From NCBI RefSeq assembly GCF_006345805.1, contig NC_043004.1:86986001-87050000 (forward strand): a stretch of 64,000 nucleotides of DNA, in the 5' to 3' direction. The notes below the pieces were generated by a model that worked only from the letters and a program-made list of their open reading frames with translations, made no database searches and was not told where the DNA came from. This DNA is from Octopus sinensis (taxonomy: Eukaryota). A program made the position numbers and the translations under genes. Of this stretch, positions 38,106-51,170 are shown in pieces; positions within the stretch are counted from its first letter, which is position 1, and every line of letters starts with the position of its first letter.

Positions 38106-39599
38106 ATTAAATAGAGAGATACTATTGGCAATCCAATAATTTATTTATATTACATGATATACTATGAATAAAATATAAGATAACATAATATTATATAACA
38201 TAAACAATTATTTTTAAAAATCCATAAAAGGACAACAAATTGTTTTGACTTATATACATTTTCTCATATACATACACAATAATAATTCCCTTTAAACCAA
38301 GACCTTCAAGTGACATATATATAAGGGAACTGTTATTGTGTCTGTATAGCAGTGCCCTAGTGAGAAAAGGGATGAATATTAAGAGGATGAAATATGGAAA
38401 CAACTTGATTAGGCAACAATGTAAGGCACTGCTTGGCTGCTATAATCAGTATATAATTTCATCCCCTACTTTTTGTGCTACCAGTTCCCTCCTTCTTCCT
38501 CCTGGAACCACTTCCTATTAACTTCCATACCTTATTCTCATTATCATCCCTTCCCACACTATCTTTCACTGATCACCCTCTTTTTGTGCCTTTAGTTATT
38601 TCTCCTCCATAAGTCTCTCATACCTCATCTTTAATACCCCTGATATGTTATTAATTTCGACATATCTGTGATCGATCCCACCCCACTCACTATAGCCACT
38701 GTTATGTACCTCTCACCTCCATCTCTATCACAATATTTTACCCTCTTTCACCTCATTATTACACCCTGCACATCATCTCCCTACTTTCTGATCTATTTAC
38801 AGATTGCTATTTGTCACGCCCTCCTTCCTGAGCCACTTCTATATCTCTGTCTTCGTCTCCATAATGATACATCAACCACTCCCCCAAATTTGTTCACTAA
38901 CAACATTCACCAGTACCCCCTTCTCTAACCATCTATTATGCTCTTCTCGTACTCTTTGGAAATTACACAGCTTCTCCTTCCCCATTCATTCACTGTCTCT
39001 ATTCTGTCTTATATTCACTTTCTTGTACCTTCAGAGTTTGCTCTAGAACCTCATAACCACCATCTTCTTTCCAGCTACTCCTGTTGCTAGAAACTTAGTG
39101 CGCATCACTCTGGAAACCTCAGAATGGTCTGCATAGAACCATCTGTCATTTCTCCTGTTAGACTTTTGGTCTTGGTTGAAGTTTTTCTCATCAGAGAAGG
39201 TAGAAAGCATACCATGTTGGTGTGGATGAGTGTGTCCTAGTACAGGTGTGTTTATATATGTTGTAAATGTAAGTTCATGTGTATGTGTTTGGGTGTATAT
39301 GGCAGAGGGTAGATAGATGTGGGTGTGTATGTCTTAGTGAGTGAGTGGAAGATGTGGATGTGGGTTTGGGTGTGTATGTCTTAGTGAGAGAGTGGAAGAT
39401 GTGTGTGTGTGTGTAGATGTCCTGGTATACATGGAATTGTTAAGGGTGCTATTTGGTGGAAAAGATGGGTGTGCATGTGTTTGTTAGTGGAAGAGATGTA
39501 GATTTATTGAAGCTAGGTGATGGAGGTGGTTGGGAGGATGTCTGTGTGAGCAGATTACATCGTGATGGCCTGGGGGGAGGGGAAGGGTGGATATAGGAA

Positions 39600-40525
39600 G
39601 GAGTTAGGTGAAGAGAAAGGAAGTTAGAAGAATTGCAGAGGAAAGTAAAAGCTGTAGAGACAATAGTTTTGGAGAGAGAAAATATGCTCTTGTGTACTCT
39701 AGAGGCAAGTGGTCACCATGCCAAAGACTGAAAGTTGTTGGGTGGCATGGTCAGCAGAGCAGAAATTTTGAGAGACAGAAGATCCTTGCCAAGTTGGATA
39801 TTTCTGAAGTGCTCTGCAAACCTATCAGCCAATTGGCAGCTGGTTTACCTGATGTGAAAGAAGTTGCAGTCATGAGAAACAGTGAGTTTGTAGAAGACGG
39901 AGATGGAGAGGGTCAGAGTAGGGTGGTCAAGGGAGATGGTGATGTTAAGGAAGTGAATAGAGTTTTCAGAGATGGAAGATGTATATTAGTGAGATGAGTG
40001 GAAAGAACTAACAAAGAAATGAAAATGTTTATCTCCTTGCAGGAAAAAGAGAGAGCTGGCCCCAAAACAGTCATCAGTATAATGATTATACAGCTCTGGA
40101 GTGGGAATGGTGAACTGAGAGAAGACCTGGGATTTAATGTAGCCAACAAATAAACTGGGATAGGTGGGTCCCTTCTTCATTCCCATGGTGACTCCAGTGA
40201 CCTGCTTGTAGATTTTGCCTGCAAAGGAGAAACATTTGAATGTGAGAATAAGCTTGACTAGATAAAGGAGACTGGAGTTACTGGGATAGAGTGGTGCATA
40301 CATTGAGGAAGTGTTTAAGAGCTTGGGGGCCTTTGTCATGAGGGGTAAAAAAAACTGATGTTCATGGGGGAAATTGAGGCAGATGGGGGTGGGAAAAAAA
40401 GAGCTGAGGTGGAGATCATGGTTGGTATTGTGGATATGGGAAGGATAGCTCTCAGAGGTGTGAGGAGGGCACTGAGGCAGGTAGAGATGAGTTCAGTGGG
40501 TCTGTTACAAGTGGAGACAGTGGCA
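39600..40525 (-). pseudogene. Penelope-like element remnant (RT plus GIY-YIG endonuclease)
   Basis: Minus strand gives RPTELISTCLSALLTPL; FSFAGKIYKQVTGVTMGMKKGPTYPSLFVGY...YNHYTDDCFG; SVFYKLTVSH; then TSCQLADRFAEHFRNI. These match the PLE RT motifs (QxxGxxMG, RYxDD) and GIY-YIG motifs, in the expected order. Confidence 0.75.
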
Positions 40526-40563
40526 TAGTATATTTATATATGTGTGTATTTATATATATATAT

Positions 40564-40622
<59 letters not shown>

Positions 40623-40719
40623 CACTTATATATATATATATATGTGTGTTTATATATGTATGTGCATATGTGTGTGTGTATATGATTATACATATGTGTA
40701 TATCTATATGTAGAGACAA

Positions 40720-40922
40720 GCTGAGCCAACCAGCAGGAGACCTAGGGATAGATCAAGAACAAGATAGTTTGATAATATTCATAGTTTCAGTTAGCTATGT
40801 TTGGGAATCCAGCCAGAAAGTCAAATTGATGGTTGCATCTGATAGTACCCTATGGAGGCTGTGCCTTAGGATCAACCCCCATGACTCTCCTGTGAATAGT
40901 GGATGTAAAAGATGGATGGATG
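40720..40922 (+). mobile_element. Decayed LINE 3' end with (GGAT)n tail
   Basis: Resembles the GRRPxGRP..W..L..VA..R..W C-terminus of RTE-type ORF2; heavily mutated. Confidence 0.4.
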
Positions 40923-41079
40923 GAATTTTATATACATATATATACATACATGCACACACACACATATATATGTATATATATATATGTAAGTGTGTGTAAA
41001 CATTGGAAATGCTTTGCCCTACACAATAACTGCAGGAGTCTCTCAGTTATTGAAAACTCTTTATTTTGAATTCATCATG

Positions 41080-41710
41080 ATGTTCGAAACCCTTCTGCAT
41101 CATCATCAGGTATCTTATAGTTACAAGTGTTTCACCCCTTAGTCTTCACCTAAGTGGGGTAGCAAGGACAGAATTATTGTTCCCTTGTGGAAGGGTTCTA
41201 TCTGTAGTCTCTTGTCAACTGCAGTAACCTCAAGCTAATAGCTTTCTTCAGTTGTCTAGATTCCAGACCAATCTTTTGCAGGAATTAGTACACTGAAATA
41301 GCTTGAAAGCCATGATAGTTAACAGCAAAAGGAAAGAAGGCTGTGTGCTATCCCTTGACATGTGCTTTGGCAACCAAGCACTGATATTTGGTTTGCTTTA
41401 GGTGGTGAGAAATGTCAAGTCTTGCACTCCTGGATAGCAACAACATATCTGGTCAGGGCAATATTACTGTCACCTTTTGGGGAAGATGAGTCTACTTTTC
41501 AGGTCCTCTTGCATTTCCCAACCTGAGGCGGGATGAAAAATAGAAAACAGGCCCTTTACTGTTACTTTCCGTCTTAGGAGACTGTGTGGGGTTGGCTGCT
41601 GTTTGTTGGCCTTATCCTCTACAGGTCTGTCCATTTGGTGATTTCTGTAAGGCTCTTATTGTGTCTTCACTTGTAAGAGCCTTCTGTGTCATCAGCAGGT
41701 ATCTCAGGTG
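41080..41710 (-). mobile_element. Decayed LINE 5'/endonuclease-like remnant bounded by a ~30-bp direct repeat
   Basis: Weak APE-like translation (LTRYVVAIQECK); CCTTCTGYRTCATCAKCAGGTATCT occurs at ~41091 and ~41680. Confidence 0.35.
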
Positions 41711-43322
41711 TCAAGTATTTTTACCCCTTAACCTGTATCAAGTGAATTGGTCATGTGAATTATGCATCACCACACTTAATTTTTTTTTTAAAAAGCACAT
41801 AGCTAAAAAGCTTAACTGATATTCTTTGCTTTTTAAGCAGAAAAGCTGTTTTATGAGTGATGTTTTACAGTTTATCTAAGTACTAGGTTCATGAATTTAT
41901 AGAGTTCATAAAGTGCCTATGTTACTCTATTCTCATTTTAACCAGAGAATTTATGTCATTTTCTATTTCCTACATTTATGAGAAAAAGGGATCTATACTG
42001 ATCTTAAAGTGATTGTGAAATATGTGGCAGAGCTCTTGAATGGCAGAAACCGTCATGATTTGAGCCAATTAAAGAACTAAAAAGCGTATGTATTAGTGTG
42101 GCTTAGTTTCTAAGGTATAAAGAATCCTCTGGTAAAGAAGTCAGTTCCATCTATAGCTTCTGTTGATTGTTAATGAAGGGCAGCTCAAAGTACCCCTAAA
42201 GGTACTATACAAATATATATTATATGAATTTGTTGTTTTGCCTCAGGTCAGGTTTGATTGAGCAGTTCTATGAACTAAGGTATTCAAGCCCTGATCATCC
42301 TGTCTTTGTTTAAGACATAGTGTGTCCATGATAATGTAGTCTTGTATATACATACAATATCTCTTTCTTTTAAGGTGGTAGGGCTGATTTTCTGCAGGTT
42401 TTCTTTGACTCATATTATAAAATGTATTCTTGTGAGGTAAGATTTGTTTATATTGTAATGTTTCAGTCACTAAAGAATTCTCCAAATATAACACCTTTGT
42501 ACTATTGATTCTTACAGCTAGAGCAAGACTGTGTAATCAATAACTTATCATTAGCAAAACCTTCCTTACGAGGCACTTAAATCTCAGGACGTTGGCATTT
42601 TGAGAAAATGACAACAGAACCATCATATTCAATTGATTTCTTTGAGAAACTTCTACATTAGTTAGATGGCAAATAACTAGTTTATGAGGATGTAATTTTA
42701 CTTTTCAAGATGTGCTTGTAACGAGAGAACTAGAAAAATGTGATGTGAGCAGCCAGTATAGCTCTGAACAGAGGAAGTAAAACTGACACTATAATCTGTA
42801 AAAGTAGATAAATAGTAGCTAATTGCCCTCAAAACAAAGACATTAATGTAGAAATAATTTTTCTTAGTGTAGGAAAGAAGTGTTATCATACTGAGCTAAT
42901 CAATATCTATTTGGCAAGGCTGAATGAAAACACTGTTAAAAATAAGTATCATTATATATGAGGTTATGCTAGAAATTTCTGAAGACTTTCTCATATAATA
43001 TAAGAATACAATTGCTTTCAGTAATTACTCTTGTTGTGTATTGACCTGTGAAATCATTCTTCATGTAATCAGTGAATTAGTTAAGGGGTAAAAGTTAAGA
43101 CATTAGTCTTCCTCACGCCTAATTAATTCAGTAGAAAGAAAATATTTGAAGCTGCAAACAGTTAACACCTAAGATAGGAATTAATAAGAGATCATAATGA
43201 TAATCCACTGGACTAGTGGGTGTTTTCCTTTTGTATATCTGATTGATAAGATACTTGAAAACTTGATTGGCTTAGGGGATTTGTTTTTGTATTCTCTTTT
43301 TAATGACAAGTCTTATTCATCT

Positions 43323-43551
43323 TTAACACTTTAGCATTTAAACTGGCCATATCCGGCCAAAAATTTTCTACCTGTTTTATGTTCAAACTAGCCATATCTG
43401 GTCTCTCACACCAACCCTACAATATCGTTTTAAAAATTAACAGCTACCTCATCAAAATCTCATAGCTACAAGATAATGCATGATTAATTCAAAACAATGT
43501 GGATGAAGAAGCATTGATTTTGGCAGAATAATATAAACACTAAAGGGTTAA
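43323..43551. mobile_element. piggyBac-type MITE family 2 with TTAA duplication
   Basis: TTAACACTTTAGCATT...CACTAAAGGGTTAA; copies at 49886 and 63519. Confidence 0.75.
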
Positions 43552-46180
43552 TCATGCACATATTGTCTTAGCATGCACAAATAAATAACAACCATGGGAA
43601 TCAACTCTTTTTTTTTTTTGAGGAATGCTCAAAATTAATGAAGGGAATCCCTTAAATGAATAGTTTCTTTTTTTAGGTAGCTTTGTCTTAATATAACTGA
43701 AAATAATAATAATTTATTCACACAGTTACAGCATTGATAATTATTATATTTAAACAAAACCTGTCTATTCCCCACTTATTTAAATCTACAACCTTGCATA
43801 AACTTGCAAGTTGTAGATTTTCTTTGAGATTTGTTTTTATTGTTGTGAAATTTTTATGCAACACAAATAGTTTTTGATACTGTTTTTACCATTTCCATTA
43901 ATAAATGAAGTTCATTTGTTTCAGTGCATTGTACTTATTATTTTGAAACATTTCATTTCTGTATGATGAATGTGAATATAATATTTCTAGAATGCTTGTC
44001 ATAAGAATATAGAAATTTTCTCTATATACCTTTTAATTACATTATTTCTATATTTATAAAAGTTAAAGCCCATATCAGAGTTTGAAAGATATCTTCATAA
44101 AACTTGAGATAATTGAAAATGTATTTGAAAAGCAGATGTAAAACAATTAAGTACTATTTTTTAAATTTGGCATTAAATTTGAGTTGTATGACTGAGGCAT
44201 GGGAAGTTGTGGTAACTACACCTTTCTTAAAAGACAGTAGACCTAAAGCTGCTAGCAATATGAAACAAAAATTGTTTAATTACATTGTCAAAAGTATATT
44301 TTTATTTGCAATATCAATTTTAGAATAGGCACATATCTCTGTATGTCATAAGAGGTGATTAAAAGGGTTGGCAACAGGATGGGTATCCAGTTATAAAACA
44401 CAACCTCAGAAAATCCATCCAACCCAACCCAGCATGGAAAATCATCTGTTTTCCTTGCTGGCATTGGTTGGACTGCTGGCATGTGGACATTAAATGCTGA
44501 TGCAAAAAGCTGATCTGTTATACAATATAAAAGGCCACTATTTCAAGATTTGGCCTGCATAAATAACAATGCAAAATCAATAAATATTTTCCTAAATCCT
44601 TAATTTCAGCGAGTATTAAAAGTGAGGTATCTTGATAAGATTTTTTTTTTTTTTTACTTATATTATGTTGATGTCTTCTTTTTTTTTCTTTTTTTTTTCA
44701 AAGTTCCATGTCTGGCTAAAGACATTTCGTGTGGTTTGATGCATAATTAGTTTTTAAAAAAATCAATAAATTGGGTTGGCCATCTTAAATTTTTTCTCTA
44801 TATCTATTGATTTATATTGCAGCATGACTTTGATTCTATTAGCAATTACCCACCAAAACAACAGGTCAATTGACTACATGGCAGCTTAATAAAGTTATTG
44901 ACAGAATCACTTCTGTTGGCTAGAATATATCAAAGCACAGGGCTTTGTTTTCAATAATTCAATTGTAGCTTCTTATTGTCCAATACAAAAGAAATTAACT
45001 ATTACTGGTAGACAAAAATACTAAAATGCACATGCACGTACGTAAATGTTTACATACACGTGTTGAATTATGTATGAGATTATTATATTTAAACAAGATA
45101 TTTCTACCTGCTGCTACAAACTCGTACATGCAAGCTTTTAGATACAACTATACACAGAGTACAGAGATTCATGTTAATATTGTATAAAAACAAGAGAAAT
45201 CCTTTTGAAGATCATCATCACCATCATGATAATGATGGTGATGATTATCATCATTTAACAGGAAAGCATTTTTGCTTGTAATTCTTTTGTACTTGATCAC
45301 AATGTAGATGTTTTGAAATAACAAATACTTAAATATGGACTTCAGGTGTATTAACCTATATATTCCAGTGGCTTTCACTAGGTCAGGGTCATGATAGCAT
45401 GCTATATATTAGTAAAAAAAAAACCCATTCATTGTTAAGTCTCAATTTGGCTTTATTCACTCATACTTCTAAAATTAAGATTTTATTAAAATTGCAACAA
45501 TCTGTATTATGAAAAATTATAAGTTTCTGAGTTCGTGCTTACATCTTTTATATTATTAGAATCCTTAACTTAATATTTTAGTCGTATTATACATTTCTTT
45601 ATTTCTCATCGGTTTGAAGTTAAACTACAGCTAAATCTGAAGTGTGAGTAGATTACTAGTAGCTTCTGTTCAGATTCACGATTTTGTTTGCATCACTTGT
45701 TTGCATCAAAAGTACTACTGTTGGCAATAGATTTAGCTTGTACTCCCTAGACCATTGTTGCATGTAATGATTGAAAAGTGGTCATGTTAGAACAGTTCCC
45801 CATTGGTTTTTGAAGCCTGTGGGTAGATTTAAACATACTATTTGTCCCTGTTTGCTATTGCGAAATTAATATCATTATGGTATAATTTTATAGGTAGATG
45901 TAATGGATTACGGAAGGTTAAGTACCATTACCAAATAGAACATTGATAATAAAATATCATTTTGAATGCAAAGCCAGTACTATCAACATATCTAGATCCA
46001 ATTCTGTAATGCATTACTGACAAATAGCATATTTTGTGTTATCACATGCTCTGTTGTAGTATACATATATACATGCCTTTGTGTCCATGTCTGATACAGC
46101 AATACTTTCAAACATGATTTGATGCACACATGAGAATTGACTGCAAGAAATATGTGTATGTGTATGTGTGTGTGTGTATA

Positions 46181-46554
46181 TTCTTTTACTTGTTTCAGTC
46201 ATTTGACTGCAGCCATGCTGGAGCACCACCTTTAGTTGAACAAACCGACCCCAGGATTTATTCTTTGTAAGCCTAGTACTTATTCTATTGGTCTTTATTG
46301 CCAAACTGCTAAGTTACTGGGATGATGGTGGTGGTGGGGGGACAAACATAGACACACAAACACACACATACATACATACATATATATATGTATATGACAG
46401 GCTTCTTTCAGTTTCTGTCTACCAAATCCACTCACAAGGCTTTGGTCAGCCCGAGGCTGTAGTAGTAGACACTTGCCCAGGGTGCCAAGCAGTGGGACTG
46501 AACCCGGAACTATATGGTTGAGAAGCAAGCTTCTTACCCCACAGCCACTCCTGT
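46181..46554 (-). mobile_element. Full-length SINE family A
   Basis: Reverse complement of 46970-47375. Confidence 0.85.
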
Positions 46555-46969
46555 GTGTATGTGTATATATATATATATAGACTTATAAGGGATCACTGAT
46601 ATTTGCATCTACCATGTCTATTGGCATATAATAGACAGTTTTTCCTGGATTTTTAAACCTAAATATGAGAGGTATGTTATAAACATTACCCATTTTCATT
46701 TAGTGCATCACTAACATTTGAGATGATATGGTAGAAGTTAATTAATTGTATCTATTGTCCAAGCTAAATGATATTCAGTGAAAAGTTAATCACTATATTT
46801 TTTGGTATTAGTGATTAACTATTTAAATGTTTGTCACTACTGACAGATGCACATCCAAGGGAATTGCTGTCATCTAACTTCAATGCAGGAGGCCATAATG
46901 TAATAATTCCATTATTGAAAATACTATTTGAATTGTTTAATTTGAAGTTTAAATTAATAAATAACCATT

Positions 46970-47375
46970 GGCGCAGGAGTGGCTGTGTGGTAAGTAGCTT
47001 GTTTACCAACCACATGGTTCCGGGTTCAGTCCCACTGTGTGGCACCTTGGGCAAGTGTCTTCTACTATAGCCTCGGGCCGACCAAAGCCTTGTGAGTGGA
47101 TTTGGTAGACGGAAACTGAAAGAAGGCCGTCGTATATATGTATATATATGCGTGTGTGTGTTTGTGTGTCTGTGTTTGTCCCCCTAGCATTGCTTGACAA
47201 CTGATGCTGGTGTGTTTATGTCCCCGTAACTTAGCGGTTCGGCAAAAGAGACCGATAGAATAAGTACTGGGCTTACAAAAGAATAAGTCCCGGAGTCGAT
47301 TTGCTCGATTAAAGGCGGTGCTCCAGCATGGCTGCAGTCAAATGACTGAAACAAGTAATAGAGTAAAAGAGTAAG
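46970..47375 (+). mobile_element. Young full-length SINE family A
   Basis: Very close to 9462-9858; CpGs retained. Confidence 0.9.
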
Positions 47376-47709
47376 AATAATATCAAAATGTAAATATAAA
47401 CTGAAAAAGAAATACTTTTCTTCTTGAAATACTGTAACTATTTTAATGAATTGTTGCTTTGGAAAAAAAACTTAACTACTTGATAATAAAATTTTTTACA
47501 CAAAAATATTTATGTTTTGCATTTATTGTTTTATGTATTCTTCCATATTAGTTGCCTTTTCACAGCTTGACTTTGCAGCTATAACAATTTCACAGCCTAC
47601 ACGAGTAAAGTTCAAAGTTTACTTGAATTTGCTTATTGCTTTGAGGATATGTGAATGTTTCAATGTCTTCTTCTTTATATCATAATATTAAGAAAGGAAG
47701 TGCACATTA

Positions 47710-47810
47710 GGTGCAGGAGTGACTGTGTGGTTAAAAAGCTTGCTTCCCAATGTTGTCTTTGGTTCAGTCCACTGTGTGGCTCTTTGTACTAGAGTGGATT
47801 TGGTAGATTG

Positions 47811-47842
<32 letters not shown>

Positions 47843-48040
47843 AGTGTGTCCCCCTCCCCATCACTGCTTGACAATTGGTGTTGGTTCGTTTACATCCCAT
47901 AATGTAGTGGTTTTGCAGAAGTGACCAGTAGAATAAGTACCAAACTTTAAAAAATGTAATGAAGTACTGGGATTGATTTGTTTGACGAAACCCTTCAAGA
48001 TGGTATGACTGTAGTCCAGTGATTGAAACAAGTAAAAAAT
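47710..48040 (+). mobile_element. SINE family A, diverged and internally deleted
   Basis: Family A head and tail motifs. Confidence 0.75.
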
Positions 48041-48508
48041 AAAAGATTACATGAGAAATATTGAATGGCGGAGGATTTTGTAGCTCATATAGTTAGTGAA
48101 TACATTATACTCAGTTGCATATAACCTGATGTAAATATACTTCTGAATGAAGTGTTAGTCAAGTACAGAGCATTGATGAGAAAAGAGATGGCAAAAGAAT
48201 AACCATTTATCTTATGAACTTCATTAACTTAATGCTGTTTCCATTAATGCTGTTTCCATGTGATGGACTCATAGTTTAGTGCTTGAATAACACCTTAGAG
48301 TTTCATCAGAGCCTCAAACATACTTTTGTCATCTCTTTTTTTATTAAATGATACTGAAAAAAAACTCTGAATTGTTTTATCTGATTCATATGTCAGATTC
48401 ACAAGTTAAATTATTCAGATTGTAAGGGTGGGGATTTTCTATTTGCATAATGGATGACATGTAGTTTGATTTTGATGTTGGAAGTTGTTGATTTTACAAA
48501 TAAATAGT

Positions 48509-48565
<57 letters not shown>

Positions 48566-49885
48566 TGTGTGTGTGGTCATAGGTTTGGATGACAGAATGG
48601 GTGTGATGGACAAAAATACTTTTCATTTAATTTTGATTATCTCCCTTTATGCCCCCCCCCCTGTTTGCAAAATTAGTAAAATAAGCATCTGACAATATAT
48701 TGGTGTTCAAAGTTGATGTTTCTGTATGGCTGTCATCCAATAACTAAAACTTGTAGAAGAATATAATCATGTTATGTATCGCATATGTGAATGACACATA
48801 TCTTATCAATTCAGTCGTATCTATAAAATATGTAGAGTAATGATTGGAATAGAAAATGGTAGCCAAGTTGCTTATTTAGTTTTCTAAGATCTTAGTACTA
48901 AAGAAACTTATAATCTTAAAATAAATAACAAAATAAAAATTCACCTTGCTGACAATAGTTAATGGTAGATAACTGACAGCAAATAAGTGTAAGTCAGCCA
49001 GTCGGAAAATTGTGATAATAATAGAAATATTCATGTCTGGAAAGATTTGAGAGGTTAAGCTTTTCTAAGCTGATCACTATAGCTAATTAACAATCATACA
49101 TTGAGAACTAGAAACTAATTCCTTTTCATTGACTGATAACTATAAATGTCGAGCTAACATAGCATTTTCATTATAAAATAATTCATAATTAAAATAATAA
49201 TAAAATGTGAAAACCAAGCTTGTAACTTGTGACAGATTTCTGAATTGAAGAGAGGATAATTAAGGAAGTTTAAAACCTGTCAGTTCTAATTATTATTTAT
49301 TGTCAATTTAGGAAACTCATTAGCATATATGGTAAAAAGGCAGACTAATAATAGTTGGCTTCATGTATTTCAGTTCCTATCTTGCTAGAATTTCATTCCT
49401 CAAATGCCAGTAAAATTATTGTAGTTGACTATATCCATCTCAATTACAATACTAAGGTCCTTATGTCTGACATAAAAATAAATAGATAAATTTTTTCCTA
49501 TGAAAATATTAATATAGTGTATTCAAATATAACTAAGCTAAAGAAATTAGATTTATGCTTCAATCAAAGCTGTTTAACTGTTGTTTGGACAGTTTAGTGA
49601 GGTCATACAAACAAGTGATCTATGCTCTTGCGTGACTCAAACTATTATCTTGTACTTGTGTTTTTTTCTCTTTCTATTTATTGGCTTCTTAAATTTAAAA
49701 GCTTAATCACTTATAATTCCAAGCTGTAGGAAGATTATTATGAAGTGTGATTGGTCTTACTTGAAGAAATACAAATTTCTTGTTTTGAATTAAATTTCAT
49801 TGTAAGTGGATAAATATGTGTTTTGTCCACAATTATGTGTTGCCTAAGATAAACAGTAAGAACATCACATTCAGGTATCCTGACA

Positions 49886-50113
49886 TTAACTCTTTAGTAT
49901 TCAGATTATTCTGTTAACTGTATTTCTTATCTATTCACATTGTTTTGAAATACTTGTGCATTATCTCATAGCTTCAAGATTTTGATGATATGATTGTATA
50001 TTTTTAGAATGATAATGTAGGGTAAGTGTGAGAGGCCAGATCTGACTTGTTTGAACAGAAAGCAGGTAGAATATTTTGGCTGGATATGGCTGGTTTAATT
50101 ACTAAATGGTTAA
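49886..50113. mobile_element. piggyBac-type MITE family 2 (opposite orientation to 43323)
   Basis: TTAA at both ends; inserted into the palindromic target TGACATTAATGTCA. Confidence 0.75.
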
Positions 50114-50344
50114 TGTCATAGCATTAGCCAATTAACTTAAAATAGGTTTGTTGGCATCAGGCATGATTGTGTGGTAAGAAATTCGTTTCCCAATCATATG
50201 GTTCCAGGTTCAGTCCCATTACATGGCACCTTGGGCAAGTGTCTTCTGCTGTAGCCTTGAGCTTACCGAAGTCTTGTGAGTGAATTTTGTTGGTAGATGG
50301 AAACTGGAAGAAGCCTATTGTGTATGTATATATATGTGTATATA

Positions 50345-50394
<50 letters not shown>

Positions 50395-50443
50395 TAGATA
50401 GATCATCTGTAAACCATAAATCCAAAAGAAGTATGCTCTAAGA

Positions 50444-50636
50444 TATAGAGATGGGGAAGGCCAGTTTATGGGATTACCTTAGATTTCCCATCCATAAAGC
50501 ATATGGAGGCTCCATATTCTTAAGAGGCCTTGGGCCAACAGGTTTTGGGATCTGATGATACGCTATAAAGCTAAATCCTTTATGGACGGGAAACTTAAAG
50601 TAATTCCATAGACCGGCCTTCCCCATTTTTAATATA
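50444..50636. mobile_element. Second copy of the TA-flanked long-TIR MITE
   Basis: Aligns to 26959-27228 with an internal deletion. Confidence 0.7.
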
Positions 50637-50650
50637 TATATATATATATT

Positions 50651-51120
50651 GCTTCCTGCACCAGTTCTGAATAACCCCTGCCCATTCAAAGTACCTTGGA
50701 TTCCAGAACATCCCGCTGTGCTTGAGGAGACCTATTGAGTCAAGTACATGAATATTGAAATAAATATCAATGGAAATAGTAGTTGTGATACCTGTGCTGG
50801 TGGCACATAAAAAGCACCATCCGAACGTGGCCGATGCCAGCGCTGCCTTGACTGGCTTCTGTGCCGGTGGCACGTTAAAAACACCAACCAAATGTGGCCG
50901 CTGCCAGACTTCCCTGGCACCTGTGCCAGTGGCATGTAAAAAGCACCCACTACACTTGCAGAGTGGTTGACGTCAGGAAGGGTATCCAGCTGTAGAAACA
51001 CTGCCAGATCAGACTGGAGCCTGGTTTAGCCCCTGGCTTTCCAGACCCCGGTCGAACCGTCCAACCCGTGCTAGCGCGGAAAATGGATGTTAAACGATGA
51101 TGATGATGATGATGATGATA
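50651..51120 (+). mobile_element. RTE 3' UTR fragment (2 minisatellite units plus a partial) with (GAT)n tail
   Basis: Reverse complement of 36628-37076. Confidence 0.85.
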
Positions 51121-51170
51121 CACGTAAAACAACCACTCTTTTCTTACTCTGAGCATCTTATTAATAGTGT

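Noticed and set aside
27973-38139. Dozens of long C/V/Y/I/M- or H/T/Y/I-rich ORFs
   Set aside because: Stop-poor translations of TA/TG microsatellites.
42258-42290. 33-nt plus-strand exon candidate (SGLIEQFYEL)
   Set aside because: It lies inside the dispersed unclassified repeat.
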